Positions 20,972 to 31,831 of a stretch of DNA of 64,000 bases are shown here, in pieces. Made by a program: the position numbers and the translations under genes. How positions within the stretch are numbered: the stretch's first letter is position 1; each line of letters begins with the position of its first letter. The notes beneath the pieces were generated by a model. The model saw only the letters and a program-made list of their open reading frames with translations, made no database searches and was not told the origin of the DNA. Source of the DNA: Escherichia phage vB-Eco-KMB22; sequence record OR539217.1. One strand, given 5' to 3'.

Positions 20972-22431
20972 AGACCAGTTACCTCATGAAAATCACCAAA
21001 TACATCCTCGAATGTATTAGCTTTAGTTTTATCTTCACGTAAACGAATCGCAATCGGAAGAAATAATTTAACGTAATCAGTGCGTCCATCAGATTTTAAC
21101 CAACCGTTGCATTCGCACTCTAGAATTTTTCCAATATAATAATTTTGGTTTTCCATGATGCGAGTACGGTCAAGTTCATGCGATTTTACACCGGCTTTAT
21201 CTTTTAAGCCTGAACCAGCATTTACTTTAATTTTTCCACATTCTGATTCAAGAATAAATCCACCCGCTTTAGTAGGGTCTTTACGGTGAGGATAAATTCC
21301 TACAATTTTTAAATCAACATCAATTACTTCTTTAAATTTATAGAGATTTTTTGAACGAGCATTTTCCCATAATCCATCGATATTTTTGAGAATAATACCT
21401 TCAAGACCTTGGTCAATATACTTTTTATAAATTACCTTAGCTTCATCTAGGTTATTTACTACTTGGTTTTCAATTAAAATTACTTTATCATATCCTGATG
21501 TCATTTGTTCTAGTTTAGAAAAACGTACATCATATTTTAAACGAAACGCAGGAAGACCGTATATTTCTACCAACGGGACATAATCCCAGACCTGAAACTT
21601 CATGCATTGAGCTTCTTTTTCAGAAATGGTTCCTTTTAAGGATTTATTGGCGATTCCATTAGAAGTAGTACGAGATTCCGCTACTTCGGCGAATTCTTTA
21701 GCTTTACTAATTTCAGGATAAGCATCAAAAAGAAAATCTAGGCCTTCTGGTTCCTTTTTAACTTGCTCATGGTATACCAATTCGCCATCAATTAACACGC
21801 CTTCTGGATGAATCTGGCGGGCTTCAGCAGTCATTTTGATTAACTCTTCCTTAAGAAGATCTAATCCTAGATATTCATTACCAGCTCGTGATAAAAGACG
21901 AACATCATCTAATTCATCACCTCTAACTTCAGCAAAACACCGAGCTCCATCTGCTTTTAACTGCGCAAAGGCTGGAAACTTGATATTTTTACTAATGCCT
22001 TTTTCATCATAAGAACTTGCCAACATTTGAGGTTGTTCAGGAATTAAACCTGGCCAAACTTTGTTTGCAATAGATACTGAAGCACCGCATTCAAGGTCTC
22101 GCATCATCACTCGACGCAAAACTTCAACATCATCCTTTTTACCATCAGTGATATATCCAGTTAATTCCTCAATTGCCGCATTTCCAGTCAATTTCCGAGT
22201 AGCCAACGTGAATTCAATGAAGTCGAGCATATCTGTAATAGTCAGCATCCCAAAACTCTGGGTAGCAATACCAGGTTTAGGCCATTTCTTGATATAATAC
22301 TGTAACCCACGAGAATAAGTCAGACGATATACTCGTTTAAGCAATTCGTTATCTTTATTCTTTTCAAGAATTGCTTGCTTCTGCTTAGTTGATCCAATAG
22401 ATGCTATTTCATTCAGAATTTTAAGAATCAT
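20968..22431 (-). CDS. 30: ATP-dependent DNA ligase gp30
   Basis: 487 aa; ligase adenylation motifs (KADGAR lysine motif); length as T4 ligase. Confidence 0.95.
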   Translation of the reverse strand: MILKILNEIASIGSTKQKQAILEKNKDNELLKRVYRLTYSRGLQYYIKKWPKPGIATQSFGMLTITDMLDFIEFTLATRKLTGNAAIEELTGYITDGKKDDVEVLRRVMMRDLECGASVSIANKVWPGLIPEQPQMLASSYDEKGISKNIKFPAFAQLKADGARCFAEVRGDELDDVRLLSRAGNEYLGLDLLKEELIKMTAEARQIHPEGVLIDGELVYHEQVKKEPEGLDFLFDAYPEISKAKEFAEVAESRTTSNGIANKSLKGTISEKEAQCMKFQVWDYVPLVEIYGLPAFRLKYDVRFSKLEQMTSGYDKVILIENQVVNNLDEAKVIYKKYIDQGLEGIILKNIDGLWENARSKNLYKFKEVIDVDLKIVGIYPHRKDPTKAGGFILESECGKIKVNAGSGLKDKAGVKSHELDRTRIMENQNYYIGKILECECNGWLKSDGRTDYVKLFLPIAIRLREDKTKANTFEDVFGDFHEVTGL

Positions 22432-22697
22432 TGTTCATCCTTTAGAGTTTGATTTACAGCTCTATTATAAATCAATTCATCATTAAGCTCAGGCAAAGAC
22501 TTATGATATGTAGTTCTAACTTTATTTCCTTGCATCCAGTGCTTGACGTAAATGAAACCTTGCTCTACGCATTTTTTAAAAATTCGTTCGTCTTTTTGAG
22601 CTCGGAATTCTGGATTGCATCTAAAAAATTGATTTACGTGACCGTAATCACGTGTAGTATTACCTTCATTTTCATAAATAGTGTGAACGACAAACAT
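22428..22697 (-). CDS. hypothetical protein (30.1 position)
   Basis: 89-aa ORF, start/stop coupled to neighbours. Confidence 0.6.
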   Translation of the reverse strand: MFVVHTIYENEGNTTRDYGHVNQFFRCNPEFRAQKDERIFKKCVEQGFIYVKHWMQGNKVRTTYHKSLPELNDELIYNRAVNQTLKDEQ

Positions 22698-23560
22698 TAG
22701 AATGCTCCTTGGAAAATATTATCACCACTAGTAAATCTATTAAAATACCCTGCATCACCAGGCTTAGTATAACTCCACGTATGGAATGGATTCATATGAT
22801 ACGGGTGTGTATAATATGGATTATATGGATGTGTATAATATGGATTATACGGATTAAATCCAGGAGTTCTCCAGGTAGTGTTCCAACGAAAAGAATCATT
22901 TTTAATCATCTTTTCAATTACATCTTTTATAGCTTTTTCACTATCAAAACTTTCTTTATTTTCCTTCGGTGAAAAAAGCTTATTTTCTACATCATTCCAT
23001 GTATAAACTCGCTGCGCAGTTTTTGGAATATTGTCACGCTCTCCTCGAGCCATCCAATAAACAGGAACATTTAATATTTCACTCGCATGATCGCAGTGGT
23101 GAGCAAGATCGTCAATATAACAAATTACGTTATATTTCTCTTTTGCCTTTTTGAATAACTCTTCTTTTGAAGAATCATGACCACACATCATTACTTCTGA
23201 GAAGGCACCAGGAAAAAGAGCATTCAAATTAAATTGACGATTCAACAAAGCATCAATAGAATCACCCAATGCTGTAACAGCTACAAAATTATAATCTTCT
23301 TTTAGTTTGTTAATTACACACAGGGCATCTTTATATGGAGACAAATAGCGAATAAAATCTGAACGATTATACTTTTCGATTAATTTAACACCGAGTTCTT
23401 CATCGCAATTAAAGAGCTTACCAGGAGAAATAAATTTTTCGTCCTGAATCATTTTTAAAATATGTTCTAATGGAAGATTATATTTTTGGGCAAAATAAGG
23501 AAGACCTGATTGCCAGCTTAAACATACACCATCAATATCAGTCAAAATAGTAGGCTTCAT
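22697..23560 (-). CDS. HAD-like hydrolase with Pro/Tyr-rich C-terminal repeat (30.2 position)
   Basis: 287 aa; N-terminal DIDGV HAD motif I; C-terminal NPYNPYYTHPY repeats encoded by 24-bp tandem repeat. Confidence 0.65.
   Translation of the reverse strand: MKPTILTDIDGVCLSWQSGLPYFAQKYNLPLEHILKMIQDEKFISPGKLFNCDEELGVKLIEKYNRSDFIRYLSPYKDALCVINKLKEDYNFVAVTALGDSIDALLNRQFNLNALFPGAFSEVMMCGHDSSKEELFKKAKEKYNVICYIDDLAHHCDHASEILNVPVYWMARGERDNIPKTAQRVYTWNDVENKLFSPKENKESFDSEKAIKDVIEKMIKNDSFRWNTTWRTPGFNPYNPYYTHPYNPYYTHPYHMNPFHTWSYTKPGDAGYFNRFTSGDNIFQGAF
22805..22852. repeat. 24-bp in-frame tandem repeat (2 units, 22/24 identical) in HAD-like gene
   Basis: encodes repeated NPYYTHPY on - strand. Confidence 0.85.
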
Positions 23561-24021
23561 AGAGAGTCTCTTAGTAGGTTTAACACATCAATAAATTCAG
23601 CTTCGGTTAGTATTGTATCATCTTTTGTTAGACCACTAGCCATGCTGTGCTTCAAAACTTTTCCTTTTGAGGCTTGTAAGGCATCACGAAACCCCTTGTT
23701 TTGAATCGCTGCTTCAAAATATGCATTTGTATACAACTCTTTCCACGCTGGAGAGTATCTTGAAAATGGAACTCCCAGCCAGAAGAGGGTCCCACGGTCC
23801 TGAGCTCTTGCATAAGACCTTCCAGCTTGTTGGGCGGCAACCCCGGATAACCCAAATATACGTCTTTGCTGCTCAACATTTTTCACCTTGCATCCTTGGA
23901 GGAATCCTTCGAGACCTCCAAATTGAATACCATCCATGACGAAAGGCCATTGGGCGAAATTACTTAATGCACATGATGGCCACCTAAAATTGCTTCTAAT
24001 CTCTAACTCAGACATTTTCAA
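23557..24021 (-). CDS. NADAR (YbiA-like) domain protein (30.3 position)
   Basis: 154 aa; SNFAQWPFVMDG...Q..K segment resembles the YbiA/NADAR core motif (recalled). Confidence 0.55.
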   Translation of the reverse strand: MKMSELEIRSNFRWPSCALSNFAQWPFVMDGIQFGGLEGFLQGCKVKNVEQQRRIFGLSGVAAQQAGRSYARAQDRGTLFWLGVPFSRYSPAWKELYTNAYFEAAIQNKGFRDALQASKGKVLKHSMASGLTKDDTILTEAEFIDVLNLLRDSL

Positions 24022-24214
24022 TGCTTATAATTTCAACATCAGCCCAATGACCATAGCAAGGAAGACGAAATTCAACTGGCCAGTTAGGGTCCTTTTCTAA
24101 TATAATAGACTTAACTTGTGGTTCTTCATGTTCATCTGTATACGGATTTTTATCTGTTACTTTATATGTGACCTTAATGTACTGAATTCCAAAAATCTTA
24201 TTAATTATATTCAT
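24008..24214 (-). CDS. hypothetical protein
   Basis: 68-aa ORF. Confidence 0.5.
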   Translation of the reverse strand: MNIINKIFGIQYIKVTYKVTDKNPYTDEHEEPQVKSIILEKDPNWPVEFRLPCYGHWADVEIISIENV

Positions 24215-24408
24215 ACTAATTCCTTTAATCCATAGATAGGAGATAATTCATCACCCATACGAAGGTCTTCATTTCCATCTACCCAGGAAACAATATAAGC
24301 ATCTTTTACTTGAACATCTCCCAATTTAAATGCAGGTAAAACCTTAGAAATTAATCCAGGTATACCAATTCCCTTTAATTCAACAGTTTGACCTAAAAAG
24401 AATTTCAT
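24211..24408 (-). CDS. hypothetical protein
   Basis: 65-aa ORF. Confidence 0.5.
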   Translation of the reverse strand: MKFFLGQTVELKGIGIPGLISKVLPAFKLGDVQVKDAYIVSWVDGNEDLRMGDELSPIYGLKELV

Positions 24409-24695
24409 TAGAACCTCATCTGAAAACCATGCGATTTAACATTACCACCACCAATATCAGAGATATTAATTTCGCGCGCAATTGAAGGGTCAATGTCAAT
24501 TTCGCGATTGAGTTTAGTGATAGCTAAAGTATCACGCCAATTTACTGTACGGAATTCTAAAGGACAAACCACATCAACGTAATTTTTAATCGATTCACTG
24601 GTAGGTTGCAAATGAGCAGGAAGGTCTTTGGGCGCCTTTGAGAAAACCACTTCACAGAAATTTTTGCGGGTGTCAAAATAAGTAGTCATAAACAT
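24408..24695 (-). CDS. hypothetical protein; start moved to internal ATG with SD
   Basis: ORF-track start 24731 lies inside a GC hairpin; internal ATG at 24695 has GAGGA SD. Confidence 0.55.
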   Translation of the reverse strand: MFMTTYFDTRKNFCEVVFSKAPKDLPAHLQPTSESIKNYVDVVCPLEFRTVNWRDTLAITKLNREIDIDPSIAREINISDIGGGNVKSHGFQMRF

Positions 24696-24736
24696 AATAT
24701 TTTCCTCAGTAAGGGGGCCAAAGCCCCTCATTTATT

Positions 24737-25102
24737 TTAAATATCAAATTCGTTAAGAACTACATCAAAGATTGCTTCAAGATGCTCAGGTTTAGCTCTG
24801 TTACTCAGAATATGACGAATCCAAGTTTTAACCAGAAGCTTGCGATTAACGCCATTCCAGCAAGGATGAGTCCCTAAATCGCGTTGACGAAAATCATCAT
24901 CCAATGCGATTTTAAAAGAAGAACCTTCTTTCGTGATTGAAACCGTGATGCCATTTTCAAATCGCATATAAACGTAGTTAGGAGTCATATACTGCTCAAT
25001 TTCGCATACTGATCCATTTTGATGTTTCCAAAGGCAGATAGTATCAATAGAACCTGCAATACCGTTAGAAACATATTTACGTTCAAAGTTGATGTAATTC
25101 AT
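24737..25102 (-). CDS. hypothetical protein
   Basis: 121-aa ORF. Confidence 0.55.
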   Translation of the reverse strand: MNYINFERKYVSNGIAGSIDTICLWKHQNGSVCEIEQYMTPNYVYMRFENGITVSITKEGSSFKIALDDDFRQRDLGTHPCWNGVNRKLLVKTWIRHILSNRAKPEHLEAIFDVVLNEFDI

Positions 25103-25172
25103 TTTTATTCTCCGAGATGTTTAATTGCGGTACAGGTATATAATATCATATCCTGTACCAAAGTAAACTATT

Positions 25173-25541
25173 TTATGCAACTTTAATCCAATTATCTAAA
25201 TTTAATTCACCTTTGGCTTTCATTTTTTCAATCAAGAGGTCAGCGGTAATACGACCATTTTGATACCACGTAACATCTTCAGAGTAACCAGTTTCTTTAT
25301 CTTCATAAGTCTCACAGCGAATTTTACCAAGAATCAAAGTTTTTAATTCGTATGTATCTCCAGTAAAAAAGTTAGTTAACATTATTTTCCAAGAGAAATC
25401 ATCAGAAGGACCTTCAGGAGTCATGCAACCTACAAATTCAAATTGTTCTTTGTATAAGTGCCACTGAAGTTCTTTAGTTTCGATAGCTTTATAGCCGTCG
25501 TGGTCTTTACCTTTGATGTATGAGTTAAGATTGATTTTCAT
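25173..25541 (-). CDS. hypothetical early protein
   Basis: 122-aa ORF with early promoter 25569-25598 upstream. Confidence 0.6.
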   Translation of the reverse strand: MKINLNSYIKGKDHDGYKAIETKELQWHLYKEQFEFVGCMTPEGPSDDFSWKIMLTNFFTGDTYELKTLILGKIRCETYEDKETGYSEDVTWYQNGRITADLLIEKMKAKGELNLDNWIKVA

Positions 25542-25568
25542 TTTATTCTCCTTTGTTTGTGTAAGATA

Positions 25569-25598
25569 ATACTATCACAAAGGAGCCATACTGTAAAC
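25569..25598 (-). promoter_or_regulatory. early promoter GTTTACA-17-TAGTAT
   Basis: motif and spacing. Confidence 0.6.
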
Positions 25599-25651
25599 AA
25601 CTTTGTGCAATCTTTGGAAAATAAAAAAGGACTCCCGAAGGAGTCCTTAAC

Positions 25652-25828
25652 TTATGCTTTCTGCTTACCAAAACGAGAAGCATCATCTCGAAGAACCGCA
25701 CGTGCTCGGCGCATGATCTTCTCAACAGTTTGATTGATACGAGAGTTCGACCCACGCTTGTAACCAGCGCGTTTAGAATCACCAACTTTCTTTTCAACTG
25801 CTTTCTTTGCTTTAGCTTGTTTTGCCAT
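25652..25828 (-). CDS. small highly basic protein (Lys/Arg-rich), possible nucleic-acid binder
   Basis: 58 aa from internal ATG (ORF-track 25652..25870); composition. Confidence 0.45.
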   Translation of the reverse strand: MAKQAKAKKAVEKKVGDSKRAGYKRGSNSRINQTVEKIMRRARAVLRDDASRFGKQKA

Positions 25829-26022
25829 TATAAATTCTCTTTTAAATGAAAATGCAGGACTTATTGGCATTGCCTGCGCAAGCCCTCAAGGGGTACTTAG
25901 GTTTTGAATATTTACCGACAGGATAACCATAAACCTCGTCAACATTCAAGAGGTACACCGTAAAACAAAGTTCGACGGCTCCTCGTTTTAACTTCACACT
26001 AAGGCAGTGACTCTCCAATAAA

Positions 26023-26271
26023 TTACTTCAGTGTTACCACAAAGTGACGAACTGCTTTTCGTGCGGCAGAAGCCAGAGGCTTAGCATATTTAAGTTCATC
26101 TTTTTCCTGAAGCTCAGCAGCTAATGCAGTTTGAGCAGGATTCAGATGTTTGAAATAACGCAGGATTTCAAGAGCTTCGGCTTCAACATCAATAGATGCG
26201 CCATAGTTTTCGTGACCATTATTCCATGCGTTTCGTTGCAGTTCAAGAGCGTGTTGTAATTGTTTAATCAT
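26023..26271 (-). CDS. rIII: rIII lysis inhibition accessory protein
   Basis: 82 aa, matches recalled T4 rIII; position upstream of gene 31. Confidence 0.85.
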   Translation of the reverse strand: MIKQLQHALELQRNAWNNGHENYGASIDVEAEALEILRYFKHLNPAQTALAAELQEKDELKYAKPLASAARKAVRHFVVTLK

Positions 26272-26397
26272 TTAAAAATTCTCGTTAGAGATTAAAACTC
26301 GGTAGTCACGTTCTTCTGAATTTCATCTTCTTTCGACAGATCTCTCAGTTGTAGACTACCACATAGAATTGAAACTCAATTCATATTATTATTTATA

Positions 26398-26733
26398 TCA
26401 CTTATAAAGACACGGAATAGCTTTATAGTGACAGGTAACAAATTTTTGTTTAATTTCTTTTGGCTGCTTAAGACCTAGAGCTACAAAAGGATGCGGAACG
26501 TTTCGAATTTGACCAACTGGAAGAGAAGTCAAATCACCAACTTCGCAGAAACCTTCAGGAACATCAGGACCAACAGAGTGAACTACACACAGTTCAGGAA
26601 CTTCACCTTGGACACGTTTACCAATAATAAGTCCTGATTCTGTAACTTCTTCATCACCGGCTTGCGCAGGTTCAGAAACTAAAATAACATATTCACCGAC
26701 AGCACGAATTGGTAGCTGTTGTACTTCAGACAT
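26398..26733 (-). CDS. 31: co-chaperonin gp31 (GroES analogue)
   Basis: 111 aa, matches recalled T4 gp31. Confidence 0.9.
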
Positions 26734-26763
26734 CGTTTTTCCTTTTTGTTAACAGATGAATTA

Positions 26764-26790
26764 ATAATAACAAATAATTCTTAAAGCATT
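26764..26790 (-). promoter_or_regulatory. candidate middle promoter (MotA box AATGCTTTA then TATTAT) for gene 31
   Basis: MotA-box-like element ~12 nt upstream of -10-like hexamer. Confidence 0.4.
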
Positions 26791-27098
26791 TATTTACCAA
26801 TAAATTGAAGCAAATGCTCAACTTTCATGCCATTAACGGAAATCAATTTGTCAATAGAAAAACCTCGCCATGCACCGAGTTCAACATCAAATATCGGAAT
26901 CATATCAGTAGATTCTTTCCGAGTAGATTCAGTCAATTTACCGGTTTGCATAGTTGGCATAAAGTCAGCATCACGGGTGCCTTTCATAGTACGAATAGTA
27001 CCATCAGACTTTTCAAAAACCACGTTTGAAATACCCATGGACAATTTAGTTTTCAAAATTTCACGAATTGCTACTTTCTGTTCAGTTGTCAGTTTCAT
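26790..27098 (-). CDS. hypothetical protein (31.1 position)
   Basis: 102-aa ORF. Confidence 0.55.
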   Translation of the reverse strand: MKLTTEQKVAIREILKTKLSMGISNVVFEKSDGTIRTMKGTRDADFMPTMQTGKLTESTRKESTDMIPIFDVELGAWRGFSIDKLISVNGMKVEHLLQFIGK

Positions 27099-27335
27099 TT
27101 ATTTACCTATTACAGTTTTAATATGAGTTGTTCCACGTTCTTTAAGAGTGGAAAGCAACTTTTGGCATTTTTCTAAATCAGATTTCCAACTATACGGCCT
27201 ATCAATACAAACCCATTCTGACTTATAATACTGTTTCCATTTAGAGAAAAAATATTTCTTATACTCTACAGCAAATGAAATGTTCTCGTTAGAATAAGAA
27301 CTAATTGCTGTGAGCTGTACCAAACGAAATTTCAT
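27099..27335 (-). CDS. hypothetical protein (31.2 position)
   Basis: 78-aa ORF. Confidence 0.55.
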   Translation of the reverse strand: MKFRLVQLTAISSYSNENISFAVEYKKYFFSKWKQYYKSEWVCIDRPYSWKSDLEKCQKLLSTLKERGTTHIKTVIGK

Positions 27336-27916
27336 TATTCACCACAGAATTCGTTGATATTTTCCCAATTTAACTTATTCAAGTTTTTCTTAGGAACATT
27401 AAACACTTCAATACCTGCATTTCGCAGAATATCATCCCAGCCAGGTTTATTTTTATCGTATGTTTCGCAATAAACCAGTTTTTTAATTCCAGATTGAGCT
27501 ATGGCTTTTGCACAATCCGGACAAGGAGAAAGTGTTACATACATAGTAGCACCTTCAATTGAAGAACCGTTTCGTGCAGCAAACAAAATCGCATTTAGTT
27601 CAGCATGAATTTCATTTTTAGACGACCATTCAGAGTGAGCATTACGATGTTCTTTCGCCAAGACAAAACGATCAGTTGAACCAAATGATACACATTCAGG
27701 CTTATGACCTTGAATGATAGTATGTTTAGGTTTATTCAACAACCAACCTTGCTCGGCAGCATAATCGCAGCAATTCACACCACCTGCCGGAGAACCGTTA
27801 TATCCGGTAGAAATAATACGTCCATTCTTTTCAATTACTGCTCCTACCTTCCAGGAGCAACATTTTGATTCTTGTGATACTAAATATGCAATTTGAAGTA
27901 CTGTACTCGCTTTCAT
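27335..27916 (-). CDS. cd: dCMP deaminase
   Basis: 193 aa; zinc-binding HAE...PCxxC deaminase motifs (HAELNAI, PCPDCAKAI). Confidence 0.9.
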   Translation of the reverse strand: MKASTVLQIAYLVSQESKCCSWKVGAVIEKNGRIISTGYNGSPAGGVNCCDYAAEQGWLLNKPKHTIIQGHKPECVSFGSTDRFVLAKEHRNAHSEWSSKNEIHAELNAILFAARNGSSIEGATMYVTLSPCPDCAKAIAQSGIKKLVYCETYDKNKPGWDDILRNAGIEVFNVPKKNLNKLNWENINEFCGE

Positions 27917-28251
27917 TTCATAATCACCAGATAAGCAGATTTAGCAGTTTCAACACGATAAATTTCGTGACGAAGTTTAGTTATACTTTTAATAACAGAA
28001 CTAATTATATTCTGCCCATCTTTAAAGCGGTTTTTCTTATCAATAAAAATTGCACCAGCCATCTTTTTGTGAAGCTCAACTGGATATTTCGTCACAATAA
28101 TAGCATCATACACAGAAGGATGAATACTATTCACTAGAGTATCATTCATTAAAGTTATTCTAATGAACTGTGCTGTTTCAGAATCAAGCGCTCTATGATC
28201 GCCAGTATCATTTTCAAGACAATTATCAATTATATCAGTTAAATTCATCAT
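27913..28251 (-). CDS. hypothetical protein (cd.x cluster)
   Basis: 112-aa ORF. Confidence 0.5.
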   Translation of the reverse strand: MMNLTDIIDNCLENDTGDHRALDSETAQFIRITLMNDTLVNSIHPSVYDAIIVTKYPVELHKKMAGAIFIDKKNRFKDGQNIISSVIKSITKLRHEIYRVETAKSAYLVIMK

Positions 28252-28484
28252 AGTACGCCATACACCCTTTGTGCTTCAACTAATCCATCAAAATCCAGTT
28301 TAAGATGTGTTATTTGGTCACCATCACCTGGATTCACAATTACTAATACTGAACGAGGAGTTTCGGTAATAACACGAACCGATGTTTCTGGAAATCGTTC
28401 AGAAACCTTATTTACCAATTCCTGAGCAAATAGTTTAACTTTTTCTTGGAATTCTTTAACAGTAATTGGTTTTTCACTTAGCAT
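28248..28484 (-). CDS. hypothetical protein (cd.x cluster)
   Basis: 78-aa ORF. Confidence 0.5.
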   Translation of the reverse strand: MLSEKPITVKEFQEKVKLFAQELVNKVSERFPETSVRVITETPRSVLVIVNPGDGDQITHLKLDFDGLVEAQRVYGVL

Positions 28485-29005
28485 GTTGATCCCAGCTCCT
28501 TACTTTCAACGTTTTTAACTAATTTGACAGAAACTAATTCGGCATCTTGAGTAATCATTACCGGGCCTTCTTCATACTCTTCAAGATATTCTAGAGCTTT
28601 CTTTTTAGCTTCTTCCTTCGTATCAGTTTGAGCATAGATATAAAACATACAACCAGTAATACCTACTACTTTCCACTTAATTTCTTTATCAGTTTTAATT
28701 TCAAATTTACTGATAGAGTCATCTTTTTGAACTTCTTCGAAAAAATAATATTCTGACATATAAGTAATTGAAAATAGCGGGCTATCTTTATAAGATTCGC
28801 CCATTACATCAACAGCTTTATACCAGCAATCGTCAATTTCGCGTTTAATGCTAATAACATTTTTCGCAGGATCTATTTTTACTTTAAATGAATTTTCCCC
28901 AATAAACTGAGAAATTCGTTTATTAGCCCCGCAAGTTTCATTAAAAATATCTTTATATCCAGCTTTAAAGTGATAAACCTTATCTTCTTCAAACCATTTG
29001 CTCAT
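28478..29005 (-). CDS. hypothetical early protein (cd.x cluster)
   Basis: 175-aa ORF; early promoter 29036-29065 upstream. Confidence 0.55.
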   Translation of the reverse strand: MSKWFEEDKVYHFKAGYKDIFNETCGANKRISQFIGENSFKVKIDPAKNVISIKREIDDCWYKAVDVMGESYKDSPLFSITYMSEYYFFEEVQKDDSISKFEIKTDKEIKWKVVGITGCMFYIYAQTDTKEEAKKKALEYLEEYEEGPVMITQDAELVSVKLVKNVESKELGSTC

Positions 29006-29035
29006 TTCAATTTCCTCATTTGTTTTGGTAGAGCT

Positions 29036-29065
29036 ATAATATCACAACTCTACCGTAAAGTAAAC
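29036..29065 (-). promoter_or_regulatory. early promoter GTTTAC-n-TATTAT
   Basis: motif. Confidence 0.55.
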
Positions 29066-29067
29066 TG

Positions 29068-29343
29068 TTAAATTGCCTTGAATTCTGATGTCTGTGATTC
29101 AAAGCGAATATCGCCTTTGATGACTAGCTCAGCATCAAGACCAAATACGACAATGATATGCGCAGAACCTGGATACAGCGTAATGGCAATAGAATCCACC
29201 TGGTCTGGAAGCAAAGTGTTCAATACATGAGTCACTTGAGCATGAATTCGAAGCTCAGCTGCGTTATCAAGCTTTTCAAACATATTATTAGCAATAATTT
29301 GACTAAACACTACTTCTACGATTTTAGAATAAGTCGGAAACAT
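29068..29343 (-). CDS. hypothetical protein
   Basis: 91-aa ORF. Confidence 0.5.
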   Translation of the reverse strand: MFPTYSKIVEVVFSQIIANNMFEKLDNAAELRIHAQVTHVLNTLLPDQVDSIAITLYPGSAHIIVVFGLDAELVIKGDIRFESQTSEFKAI

Positions 29344-29345
29344 AT

Positions 29346-29538
29346 TTACCTCACATAATTTTCTTCAAGCCAATCAATAACATCCAACGCATTATCAAAA
29401 GTTGAACCATCTACTTTGTCTTCTGTTTCATAATCAAGAACATCTAAGCCTACTCTTCCATCAACAATAGGCCATAAACAAAATAGATATTTCTTTTCTT
29501 TTTCAATTTTATCACAAAGACGATAAATCTTTTCTATA

Positions 29539-29546
<8 letters not shown>
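29346..29546 (-). CDS. hypothetical protein
   Basis: 66-aa ORF. Confidence 0.5.
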
Positions 29547-30957
<1,411 letters not shown>

Positions 30958-30961
<4 letters not shown>

Positions 30962-31188
30962 TTATTTTTCTCAACCAATGATTGAATATAATCATGTAGG
31001 TCTTTAGATGCTTTACCCCACTTATTTTGGTATTCATTTTTAAGATTAGCACGTGATTGAGCTAATAAAACATCATTAGTTGGAGGTAAAGATTCTAACC
31101 GCTGAATCTGGCGTCCGTAAATCATTGCAGCCATCTCGGATTCATAAATCAATCCTTTGAGATGTTCAAATTGATGCCATGAAATCAT
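30958..31188 (-). CDS. hypothetical protein
   Basis: 76-aa ORF. Confidence 0.5.
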
Positions 31189-31481
31189 TTACATTTATCC
31201 TCTTTTAACTCTTGGCGATAATAACATATCATAGTTTTCTGGTCATGTATATATCGTTTTACATCATTAAGCCAAATACGAAATTCCTGAGAATCTTCAA
31301 ATGGCATACCGACCCAAGCTTTACCATCAATAACTTTAACTTGCCAGGATAGTTTAGCTTCATATGACTTTATTTGTACTGGCCAATTAGGATGAACTGT
31401 TTCTTTCTTTACTTCTAGAGGCTTTGTCGAACAACCAACTAGAAGACCAATAGATAATATTACTGCTGATAGTCTAATCAT
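31185..31481 (-). CDS. outer-membrane spanin lipoprotein (o-spanin, Rz1 equivalent)
   Basis: 98 aa; signal peptide with lipobox LLVGC; follows i-spanin on same strand. Confidence 0.7.
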   Translation of the reverse strand: MIRLSAVILSIGLLVGCSTKPLEVKKETVHPNWPVQIKSYEAKLSWQVKVIDGKAWVGMPFEDSQEFRIWLNDVKRYIHDQKTMICYYRQELKEDKCK

Positions 31482-31831
31482 TTAGAAAGGTCCTGGATGT
31501 CTTCTGCGAACTTGTTGAAGGAGTTGTTGATTTGTTTTTCAACCAATCCTGGCTTATGAGCCACCACATCCGCCTTCTTTGCGTCTTTGCGCAGTTTTTC
31601 ATTTTCACGCTCAATAGCAGCAATTGCCTCACGATTTTTATTATTCATCGCATCAATATAATTATACTGAATTCGCAAATTATTTAATGCTAAAGCGTTT
31701 TCATTGGCCGTTTTTGTAATTTCTACAACAGACGTTTCTAATCTTTCAATTTTATTTTTTAAAATTAAAGAAGTTCCGCCCAATGCAATTACAATTAATA
31801 GCAAGCCTGTTGTCGTATTACTTAATTGCAT
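31478..31831 (-). CDS. inner-membrane spanin (i-spanin, Rz equivalent)
   Basis: 117 aa; N-terminal TM helix then coiled-coil-like region. Confidence 0.7.
   Translation of the reverse strand: MQLSNTTTGLLLIVIALGGTSLILKNKIERLETSVVEITKTANENALALNNLRIQYNYIDAMNNKNREAIAAIERENEKLRKDAKKADVVAHKPGLVEKQINNSFNKFAEDIQDLSK

Noticed and set aside
25871-26022. tRNA or other small RNA gene in the rIII-proximal gap
   Set aside because: I could not fold a cloverleaf or find conserved tRNA boxes by eye; the recalled T4 tRNA cluster lies elsewhere in the genome
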